In this document: one piece after another, positions 16,573 through 23,959 of the stretch | Position numbering within the stretch: the first letter of the stretch is position 1 | Layout of the letters: each line of letters starts with the position of its first letter | NCBI GenBank assembly: GCA_963677125.1 | Contig: OY781882.1 | Span: forward strand, 5,490,518-5,514,517 | Length of the DNA: 24,000 nt | Direction of reading: 5' to 3' | Source of the DNA: an uncultured Desulfobacter sp. | Lineage (GTDB): Bacteria; Desulfobacterota; Desulfobacteria; Desulfobacterales; Desulfobacteraceae | Made by a program: the position numbers and the translations under genes | Notes under the pieces: model-generated | The model's input: the letters and a program-made list of their open reading frames with translations, nothing else | Databases searched by the model: none | Told to the model about the DNA's origin: nothing

Positions 16573-17021
16573 CAGTTGTGTTCAAAATAAACAGCCGTGC
16601 CAAAGGCCAGGACCTCCACAGATCCTACCTGTTTTCTTTTGCCTTTGTAAATGGATGAGGTTTCCAGGCGCAGATTAATGATTTCATCTGCATCCTCGCA
16701 GGATTCATGCAGCCGCAGCAACGCTTCTCGCCGGGCCCGGTCCAACAGGGTCTCATACACGCGAACCTCTCCGCCGAAAAGATTGCGTAAGCCCGCAACA
16801 ATGCGTTTGAAATAATCCACGGAAATGACCACATTGCCGGAAACCAGTTCGCTTTTTTGGATGGCACGCGTTGAATCGCTGACCGTTTTATAGGTGCTGG
16901 CCGGCCGGGTCATCCAGAACTGTTCCCGTTCTTCAATGGACCGGTAGTGCTTTGATTCAGCCATGCGACCGAAAAAATAACCCAGCATGATCAAAACGAT
17001 AAAAATTATGAGTTGTTCCAT
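16572..17021 (-). CDS. Membrane-anchored YbjQ/UPF0145 (DUF74) family protein
   Basis: 149 aa. N-terminal TM segment MEQLIIFIVLIMLGYFFG. The YbjQ-like core is VISVDYFKRIVAGLRNLFGGEVRVYETLLDRARREALLRLHE...NLRLETSS...VLAFGTAVYF, paralogous to the upstream gene. Confidence 0.8.
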   Translation of the reverse strand: MEQLIIFIVLIMLGYFFGRMAESKHYRSIEEREQFWMTRPASTYKTVSDSTRAIQKSELVSGNVVISVDYFKRIVAGLRNLFGGEVRVYETLLDRARREALLRLHESCEDADEIINLRLETSSIYKGKRKQVGSVEVLAFGTAVYFEHN

Positions 17022-17024
17022 GGC

Positions 17025-17339
17025 TTACTCCACTGTAACGGCTGTACCGTAGACGTAAAGTTCTGCCGCTCCTGCCGTTACGGAAGAGGTTGAAAACCGG
17101 ACATTGACAACGGCATTGGCGCCCATCTGTGCGGCCTGGGAAAGCATCCGCTCAATGGCCTGTTCCCGGGATTCCTGCAAAAGCTCGGTGTACCCCTTAA
17201 GCTCGCCGCCGAAAATGTTCTTTAACGAGGCCATCAGATCCCGGCCTAAATGTTTTGCCCGCACCGTACTTCCTGAAACCACACCATGAAATGCAGTTGT
17301 TTTTTTACCTGGGATTTCTTCCGTGTTTGTCATTAACAT
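17025..17339 (-). CDS. ybjQ: YbjQ/UPF0145 (DUF74) family protein, soluble
   Basis: 104 aa with a classic YbjQ pattern: VSGSTVRAKHLGRDLMASLKNIFGGELKGYTELLQESREQAIERM...GANAVVNVRFSTSS...LYVYGTAVTVE. An AGGAGAAAAAAG SD precedes the ATG. There is a 3-nt gap to the next gene. Confidence 0.85.
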   Translation of the reverse strand: MLMTNTEEIPGKKTTAFHGVVSGSTVRAKHLGRDLMASLKNIFGGELKGYTELLQESREQAIERMLSQAAQMGANAVVNVRFSTSSVTAGAAELYVYGTAVTVE

Positions 17340-17395
17340 CTTTTTTCTCCTGGATTTTTTTTATCGCGTCTGAATTTTAAGAAATATGATGTTTT

Positions 17396-17424
17396 ATTTT
17401 GGATGGCCGTTCGCAAGATGTCAA
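17396..17424 (-). promoter_or_regulatory. Candidate sigma70-type promoter for the ybjQ-ybjQ(TM)-M48 operon
   Basis: The minus strand reads TTGACA (17424-17419), a 17-nt spacer, then CAAAAT (17401-17396). The -35 is a perfect match and the -10 matches 4/6. It lies about 55 nt upstream of ATG 17339. This is sequence-pattern evidence only. Confidence 0.3.
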
Positions 17425-17440
17425 GAAAAATAGGATCAGT

Positions 17441-18520
17441 TTAATTGTGTGACGCTGCGGCTGCAGCTCGTCGGGCACTGACCAGCGCCCCTTCAAGGTA
17501 GCCGCCGAATTGGCCCGCGGTCTCACTGCCTGCAAAGTGCAGTGTGTTGTTCCAGATGCTTGTTTTCCCGCCTGGCGGATAGAATTCAGGATGGTTGTGA
17601 CAGGATTTTTTGTCGTATTCCGTGGCCGTAAACGATTCTAAAGCCCAGTCCTGGTAATACAGTTCCAAGGGCTGTGCCGCATCGGGCCCGAACAGCTGCA
17701 CAAGCTGGGCAAGAATGGCCCGGGACATGGTGTTTTTGTCCTTCCTTCTCAGGGCTGGGATGCCGGCAAAGCCTGTCAACCCATAGGGGTGATCACCAGT
17801 GGCAGACCCGTCATGGATCTCCCCGAGGGGACCGCGTTGGCTGAATGCCTGTCCGGAAAGTCCCATGTTTCGCCAGGCTGCCTTATTATACAGGGCAAAA
17901 AATTTGGCATGCCCGGCCATCCAGGTGGATGCCTTAAGCATAGCCTGGGCCAGGGCATGGGACAGATCCGGTGTAAATAAAATGGACCGGGCCGCAAGTC
18001 GGGGCGGCAGGGCAAGAATGATGTTGGATGCGGTTAATTCACAACGAGGCGGCTGGTCAAGATGCCCCACCTTTACCCTGCACCCATTGTCCTGGCGCTG
18101 GATTTCACAAACCGGATGATCCAGGCGGATAACCTGTCGATTAATTTGCGCCAACAGACCTTTGATAAGGGCCATCATGCCGCCTTCAAGGCGGAAGGCC
18201 GGCGGTTCCATGGGGCAGCCGGACACGGTCTGGACATCGCCTGCTTTGGTTTCAAATAAGGCAAGGCCCTGTTCAAACTGGGGATATCTTTTTAATCCCA
18301 GATTTTTTACCAGGGCGGATACTTCCGGATTGACCATGGGCCAGAACCAAGACGGCCCCAAGTCGGCAAAAAAAGTTTGATGGTTTGGACATAAAATTCT
18401 ACCCCCGATTCTGGATCTGGCTTCCAGAACAAGAACGGATCTGTTTTGCCTCATAAGGTGGGCGGCGCAGGCAATACCGCTTAATCCTGCCCCAATAATT
18501 ATTGTATCAACGTGTTCCAT
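17441..18520 (-). CDS. FAD-dependent amine-oxidase-like oxidoreductase (flavin-containing amine oxidoreductase family)
   Basis: 359 aa. The N-terminal dinucleotide-binding motif IIIGAGLSGIACAAHL is followed by VLVLEARSRIGGRI, typical of amino-oxidase family proteins. C-terminal FAGSETA...GYLEGALVSARRAA. Confidence 0.8.
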   Translation of the reverse strand: MEHVDTIIIGAGLSGIACAAHLMRQNRSVLVLEARSRIGGRILCPNHQTFFADLGPSWFWPMVNPEVSALVKNLGLKRYPQFEQGLALFETKAGDVQTVSGCPMEPPAFRLEGGMMALIKGLLAQINRQVIRLDHPVCEIQRQDNGCRVKVGHLDQPPRCELTASNIILALPPRLAARSILFTPDLSHALAQAMLKASTWMAGHAKFFALYNKAAWRNMGLSGQAFSQRGPLGEIHDGSATGDHPYGLTGFAGIPALRRKDKNTMSRAILAQLVQLFGPDAAQPLELYYQDWALESFTATEYDKKSCHNHPEFYPPGGKTSIWNNTLHFAGSETAGQFGGYLEGALVSARRAAAAASHN

Positions 18521-18555
18521 AAATTTTTAAAATCCACTGGCGTGAACGAATACTG

Positions 18556-18576
18556 CCAAAGGTTATGCGCCTTTGG
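18556..18576. promoter_or_regulatory. Perfect 7-bp inverted repeat with 7-nt spacer in a divergent promoter region (candidate operator)
   Basis: CCAAAGG (18556-18562), TTATGCG, CCTTTGG (18570-18576). It lies between the divergently transcribed amine-oxidase-like gene and the 625-aa gene. Confidence 0.25.
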
Positions 18577-18786
18577 AATTGAAAAAGCAACGATTTTGAC
18601 AATGGATGTACCGGCATCAACATCAGTCCTGCCAATCCGAAACGCTTGGGTTAAATCATTTTTTCCTTTTTTCAACTCTGTTTTTTCAATTACTTATATG
18701 ATATGTTTTTTTGCTTTATCAGGATGGTAGTGATAAAAAGGTACGGCAAAAAGAATAAGGCTACTGCTTAAGGAGAATTACCCTAT

Positions 18787-20664
18787 ATGGCACGTTTAAA
18801 TGAGTTTGAACTGTCCGTTATAAAAGTCACTGACAGTCCATTAATATACAAGGCGCAGATCCCTTCGGAGTGCACATTTTTTCAGGATGTCCGACGCTAC
18901 CAGAGTATTGGGCCCCAGATGGAAATCCGTATTATTCCGGTAAATGGGTTGATCGAGCTTGACTCGGACATGGAGCCCGTATCCTTTAATAAATTAAGCG
19001 GGGCCGAACGTAAGGCCCTGGTGGATTACCTGACGGTTCGTGTTGCAAGAGGCGATAATATCGGGTATGCATGGGCCTTTTTTCGGCCTGCGGATAAAAA
19101 AAGGTGCCTTGTGGCCTACGGCGGCAACGTGGTCCATGATGATACCTATACGGGAAAAGAACGCGTTACGGCTTTGCTTTCGGCGCTTAAAAAGCAAAAA
19201 GGCATCAGCAAAATGAAACGGCGCTGGTTTCCCTGGCTTGCCGCCCTTCTGCTTATATCTCTGGTCGTTTTTGCCGGGGTCAAATATGGCAATCTGGTAA
19301 AAAAGATTCCCTTTATCAGCAGTATCGGCAAGGCTTCCGGTCCTGAAATGCAGTTTTATGAATCCGTATTTCCTGATTTGTATGCCTGGCTGTCCAAGGG
19401 CGAGCCGGAACAAAAAGATGTGGCGAAAAAGCTTTTGAAAACCGAATACATCTCATCCATGCTTCACACCATGACCCAGCCTGATTACCTTCAGGACGGA
19501 GAGGAGGGGATGGACCGGGGCAACAGGCTGATCCTGTTTGTCTATTTTAATTATAACAAACAGGTTGAAGAGTTGATCAGTTCCCGTCGGTTGATTCTGG
19601 CAGGTACGGAATTCATTCGTTTGTCACGGATTTATTCAACCCTGCAGTCCGGATATGCTTCCAATATTTTTTATTTCAAGGTTGGAGATTTGAACATCCG
19701 GCATACGGAGATCTCCAATTACATGAAACAGAACATGATCTCCTATCATGATTTTAAAAAGATCAGGGATGAAAATGCCTTTGCAGAACTGATGGCCAGT
19801 GACCGTATCAGTTATAAAATGAAGGGTTTTTTGGAAAATGTGTACACCTTTACCCCTCTTCGCATTGACACAAAACTTGATGGTAAATCCTGGTACCTGC
19901 TCACCCGGAATAACAGTGCCGGCAATATAGATTTTGCCGCCTTTTTCCACCAGGGCAGCGCTACACTGGTTCCCAAACGCATAGGCCATCTGGTGCTCGG
20001 AGACAAGGGCCTGCCTGCAGACATGGCCTGGTATGCATTGGATGACAGCCAGGCCGGGGGGCTTAAACTGTCGGACAGTTCCCAAACCTATTTTAGTACA
20101 GAGACCGGCCAGACCAACCAGCTCGGTATTATCCAGAAACGCATTGATAGCTTAAATCTTTCCAAGGTGTCCGAAGGCCGGGTGAAGGTCAGCGTTCACC
20201 GGGAATTGCTCATGGGGGATGCAAAGGGCAAATACGGCATCCAGACCAATGATCCCATCACAAGCCTGGTGCTGTCCAACCTGATCACCAAATCATCCTT
20301 TGAACAGGAGGCCAATGTATCCCTCAAGCGGGACCCCATCCAGTTTAATACCACATTGATTCAGCTCTCCAAAGACGACAGTTTTTCAGTTCAGTCTGTG
20401 ACCATCACGCCGGGCACCACCAATATCATCCGCTTGTTTGAGCCTTTGGACAGTTTTAAGGCAACGTTTAGGGACGGCACTTCCACCACCTTTGAAAAGG
20501 CCAGTGTCAATTTGTTCAACCCATTTACGTTTATGGTATCCAGGGACAGCATCGTTTTATGTTTCCGTCATGACATTACTGACATGACCATCGAGGCCAA
20601 CGGCACGGAGCTTCAAGTCGTAAAGGCCAAAGACGGAAACTATCAGATTGTGAAAATCCCTTAG
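18787..20664 (+). CDS. Hypothetical bitopic membrane protein (about 140-aa cytoplasmic N-domain, one TM, about 460-aa extracytoplasmic domain)
   Basis: 625-aa ORF with a strong SD (AAGGAGAA) 8 nt upstream of the ATG. A single hydrophobic helix, WFPWLAALLLISLVVFAGV (aa ~147-165), is preceded by the basic cluster KKQKGISKMKRR, which implies an N-in orientation. I recognise no family motif. Confidence 0.75.
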   Translation: MARLNEFELSVIKVTDSPLIYKAQIPSECTFFQDVRRYQSIGPQMEIRIIPVNGLIELDSDMEPVSFNKLSGAERKALVDYLTVRVARGDNIGYAWAFFRPADKKRCLVAYGGNVVHDDTYTGKERVTALLSALKKQKGISKMKRRWFPWLAALLLISLVVFAGVKYGNLVKKIPFISSIGKASGPEMQFYESVFPDLYAWLSKGEPEQKDVAKKLLKTEYISSMLHTMTQPDYLQDGEEGMDRGNRLILFVYFNYNKQVEELISSRRLILAGTEFIRLSRIYSTLQSGYASNIFYFKVGDLNIRHTEISNYMKQNMISYHDFKKIRDENAFAELMASDRISYKMKGFLENVYTFTPLRIDTKLDGKSWYLLTRNNSAGNIDFAAFFHQGSATLVPKRIGHLVLGDKGLPADMAWYALDDSQAGGLKLSDSSQTYFSTETGQTNQLGIIQKRIDSLNLSKVSEGRVKVSVHRELLMGDAKGKYGIQTNDPITSLVLSNLITKSSFEQEANVSLKRDPIQFNTTLIQLSKDDSFSVQSVTITPGTTNIIRLFEPLDSFKATFRDGTSTTFEKASVNLFNPFTFMVSRDSIVLCFRHDITDMTIEANGTELQVVKAKDGNYQIVKIP

Positions 20665-20712
20665 AAACCAATGTTTTGAAGACATCAGCATCAAGGAGTT
20701 TTATTTAATCAT

Positions 20713-22218
20713 ATGTTTGATAACACAGACCGGCTTTTAAAAATCCAGGACGGTATCAAGGCAGTTATTCAGCAACTTGCCGAGCTGCCGGCCCGGCAGG
20801 TAGACCGGGTGGAAAAGGTCATTGAACGCTGCCAAAGGTGCCTGAAAACGGCACCGGAAACGGATTTGCCCGTGTACATCCACATTACGGGTACGGATAA
20901 ATCCTTTAAGACCAGCTATCTTTTAGACCTGTTTGACAATGACGCGCTTCGTAGGCTGTTTGCGGTCAAGCAGCGAAACACCTCGGAGAATACGGCGGTT
21001 CCCTGTCTTGTGGAACCGGTATCCTGGACCGACGAGGTGGTGGTCAGCCAGATCAGCATTTCCACGGGGAATGTAATCCGGGACCGTTTAACCCAGGAGC
21101 AGTTTAACCGGCTGTATGATCTGTCTTCCGGGGCAGAGCCGGATGATTATCTCATCCGGGTGGCTGTGCCCGAAGACCAGACCACCATGACATTGCCGGC
21201 CATCGAATATCCGGGGATTAAAGAGGGTGCGGATGCCGTTGAATTCCAAAAGGAGCGCCATGAGAAGTTCCAGGCCAATATGCTGGATTGCATGGAGCGC
21301 TATCCCGGCATCCTGGTGGCCTGTTTTCAGCACAAAATCGCCATTCCTCCGGGGCATCCTTTAGATGCCATTCTTAAAAAATACCGTACGGTATTGGAAA
21401 CCACCCACGCATACCAGAAATTGCCGTTAATTTTGTCTTTGCAGGGGGACAGTGCCGTGGCAAGTTATTGCGGCAATACCAATGTGGAGCAGGACCTTGA
21501 AAGCGATTTCAAAAGCTATAAAGCCTTTGAAACTGTTGTGCAATTGATTAACCCGTGTAACAGTGAATACCCGGTGAATTTTATCTCCCCGGGTCCACAC
21601 GTGGACACCTGGATACGCAATTTGTCCCGGTATAAAGATTTGCGTGAAATCAAAGATGAGATCAAAAAGGATGGGGGCATTGCCTGGTCCCGTCAGATGC
21701 TCGGCGATCTGTGCACCACCTCAAATATCAGAGACGCCCTTGACAATATGTTTTTGATGCCCTGGATCAAGAAGGCTGAAAAGGTGCATACCCAGGCCGT
21801 TGATCTGATTTATGCAATCGAAAGCTATGATGAAGTGGCCGACGTCAAAGAGCGCATGCGCAAAGCCATTCTCAACGATACCTACCAGAGCCTGAGGCAT
21901 TTTTTTGACCGGGAGATCCAATACAATGAAGAGGGGATAATTGAGGACCACAGCACGTTCTGGAATGCCATATTTACCCAGTACCTCGACCAGTTTTTGG
22001 CCGATACCCCCAAAAGCCAGGCCATTGCCGATGTCCTGTGGAAAAACTTGCACCAGCGCCTGGATCCCGAGAACAAAGGCTTTTTGAGTGCAGCGGAAAA
22101 GGATTTGCCCCACATCATCATGAATATGGCGGAATTTTATGTTCCCAATATGCTGGTGCGCGGTGATTTCACCCTTGTAGAAAGACGTATTAAAGAGGAT
22201 GGCCAAGATGTGGTTTAA
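20713..22218 (+). CDS. Hypothetical protein; putative dynamin-like (BDLP/LeoA-type) GTPase-fold protein with degenerate nucleotide-binding motifs
   Basis: 501-aa ORF with an AAGGAG SD 14 nt upstream. The N-terminal half is collinear with bacterial dynamin-like GTPase domains, aligned from memory:
- VYIHITGTDKSFKTSYLLDLF versus LLVLGDMKRGKSTFLNALIG (G1).
- SENTAVPCLVEP versus NPCTAVLTVLRYG (switch 1).
- TLPAIEYPGIKEG versus GIEIVDSPGLNDT (G3).
- LPLILSLQGD versus VFFLVNAWD (G4).
The C-terminal half is helical and stalk-like. The functional call is an inference. Confidence 0.6.
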   Translation: MFDNTDRLLKIQDGIKAVIQQLAELPARQVDRVEKVIERCQRCLKTAPETDLPVYIHITGTDKSFKTSYLLDLFDNDALRRLFAVKQRNTSENTAVPCLVEPVSWTDEVVVSQISISTGNVIRDRLTQEQFNRLYDLSSGAEPDDYLIRVAVPEDQTTMTLPAIEYPGIKEGADAVEFQKERHEKFQANMLDCMERYPGILVACFQHKIAIPPGHPLDAILKKYRTVLETTHAYQKLPLILSLQGDSAVASYCGNTNVEQDLESDFKSYKAFETVVQLINPCNSEYPVNFISPGPHVDTWIRNLSRYKDLREIKDEIKKDGGIAWSRQMLGDLCTTSNIRDALDNMFLMPWIKKAEKVHTQAVDLIYAIESYDEVADVKERMRKAILNDTYQSLRHFFDREIQYNEEGIIEDHSTFWNAIFTQYLDQFLADTPKSQAIADVLWKNLHQRLDPENKGFLSAAEKDLPHIIMNMAEFYVPNMLVRGDFTLVERRIKEDGQDVV

Positions 22219-23959
22219 TCTGTTCAAACGAAAAAAAAAGGAAGTGGATCAGTTCCAGCTGGAACTGGAGGATGACGGCAAACTTTATTATGAAACCATT
22301 GCCGGACGGACCCCAAGGGACATTCAGAACCACGAGGAATATATTCTTTTTATTGATTTTGGATCTTACCGGACCAGTGTGTTGTGCTGGCCCTGCAGCT
22401 TTGGCCGGGATAAAATCACCGACTCATGGCAGTATGTGGTCCATGGGGACTCCGATGCCCAGGGGGGATTTCCTTCGGCTTTTATTAATCCGCCTTCCGG
22501 TGATGAGCGCGATTTTGCCTTTGTACCCAATATGGGTCAAGATCGTGTCAGTTCAAGCCAGATTGTTAAAAGCGCCAAATATGAATTTGCCTCCAAATTT
22601 GCCGCCTACCGGGGCGATGTGCCCCAGTTCAAGCTTTATATCAAAAAGATTCTTGAACACAGTTTCAGATACATTACCGAACCCAATAAGGATCGGCCCT
22701 GGAACGGTCCTGCCATTCCGGTGATTACGGAAATCCGGGTTACTGTGCCGGACCTATTCATTGAAAATTTGAGAAACGGATACCGGGAAAACATCTATTC
22801 CGTGTGCATGAACCTCTCCTCTGACCGGAAATGGAAATGGTTGTTCCCAAGTGATTTGAGACATTTGCGTAAAACGTTTGTCAATATTTCTGCCGATGAA
22901 AGCGGGGCGTGTGAGCTTTATTTTTTAAACCTGATCAAGCAGTTGCCCTTCTGGGATCTGTCCGGTCAAAAAGATCGGCTGCCCAATTTAAAAGAAGTGG
23001 ACTTTATCTTTTCCCAGGCAGCCCAGAGAGACCCTAATACCGAAAATCTTCAGTTTGTGGTGTGTCACATCGACATTGGCGGTCTGACCACCGATGTCAG
23101 CGTTCTTCTGGCCAATACTTTCCAGGACCCGGCCCTTGGCATCACCACCGCCCTGAACCGAAAGGAATCCTTTTCCGAAAGAAAGGCCGGGGAGTATTTT
23201 GCCGAAGCCTTTGCCCAGACCAGGTTGCCGGAAGAAACCGGTCCCTGGTGGGACAGTGACCGGTTCATCAGCAGGGATTTTTCACGATTTTTGGAATTGC
23301 TGTGCGGCAAACAGGCCGGCTTGCTTAATAAATGGCGCCAGGACAAAAATCTGTCCGGCATCTACTTTCTGATTTCAGGTCGTCCGACCAAATCCGAAAA
23401 GGTCAGAAAAGCCATTAAAAAGCATATCCTCAAGGAGTTTAATAAGGATGAACTGCTGCTTTTGCCCGAGCATTGCCTGTTCATGGCCGATTACCGGCAT
23501 GTGGGCAAAAACCAGGAAGGCGAGCGCTATGCCAAAAAAATCTCCCACTTTGAAAAACTGATTACCCTGCTCGGCAACGTGTATACCTTGTACGATGGGT
23601 ATGAAATTTGTGTGGATGACCACAAGTATTATATTTCCATGGACACGGATACCCGGACCACGGCCCAGATGGAGGTGCTGCCCGGACGGATCTATAATAT
23701 GGAAGAGTTTGAAAATTACAAGAAATCTGCAGAGCACAATAACGTCAATCATTTGGCTTTTACCCGGTTTCCGGAAGGGGAGAACAGCACCCGGTTTCTG
23801 ACGGTAAAAACCATTGCCCGGCAGAACGCTTTTCCCGTTATCCGGGTAGCCCAGACCAATGACGGCCAGGCATGGATTATGCCGTCGCTGATGATTACGA
23901 ACCTGGAGCAGAATGATCAGGCGTTTGATTTGTCATGGGGGGCCTTGTCACTGGAATAA
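22199..23959 (+). CDS. Hypothetical protein; non-canonical Hsp70/actin-fold (ASKHA) ATPase with C-terminal beta-rich extension
   Basis: 586-aa ORF that overlaps the upstream gene. Start is ATG 22199 or, better, ATG 22208, which has GAGG 9 nt upstream. All Hsp70 NBD motifs appear in order:
- ILFIDFGSYRTSV (phosphate-1, versus IGIDLGTTNS).
- ITEIRVTVPDLF (versus AVITVPAYF).
- ISADESGACELYF (versus INEPTAAALAY).
- VVCHIDIGGLTTDVSVL (phosphate-2, versus VYDLGGGTFDISI).
- IYFLISGRPTKSEKVRKAI (adenosine motif, versus VILVGGQTRMPMVQKKV). Confidence 0.7.
   Translation: MAKMWFNLFKRKKKEVDQFQLELEDDGKLYYETIAGRTPRDIQNHEEYILFIDFGSYRTSVLCWPCSFGRDKITDSWQYVVHGDSDAQGGFPSAFINPPSGDERDFAFVPNMGQDRVSSSQIVKSAKYEFASKFAAYRGDVPQFKLYIKKILEHSFRYITEPNKDRPWNGPAIPVITEIRVTVPDLFIENLRNGYRENIYSVCMNLSSDRKWKWLFPSDLRHLRKTFVNISADESGACELYFLNLIKQLPFWDLSGQKDRLPNLKEVDFIFSQAAQRDPNTENLQFVVCHIDIGGLTTDVSVLLANTFQDPALGITTALNRKESFSERKAGEYFAEAFAQTRLPEETGPWWDSDRFISRDFSRFLELLCGKQAGLLNKWRQDKNLSGIYFLISGRPTKSEKVRKAIKKHILKEFNKDELLLLPEHCLFMADYRHVGKNQEGERYAKKISHFEKLITLLGNVYTLYDGYEICVDDHKYYISMDTDTRTTAQMEVLPGRIYNMEEFENYKKSAEHNNVNHLAFTRFPEGENSTRFLTVKTIARQNAFPVIRVAQTNDGQAWIMPSLMITNLEQNDQAFDLSWGALSLE

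Noticed and set aside
18512-18730. The plus-strand 72-aa ORF spanning the divergent intergenic region.
   Set aside because: It starts inside the amine-oxidase-like gene's start codon region, has no SD, and has a Phe/Ser-rich low-complexity translation.
18994-22227. Minus-strand ORFs inside the three-gene module (18994..19413, 19636..20085, 21088..21357, 21721..22227).
   Set aside because: They are antisense to long ORFs that have SD sequences and coherent motif content. Their translations are Gly/Pro/His/Ile-rich, as is typical of reverse-frame artefacts.
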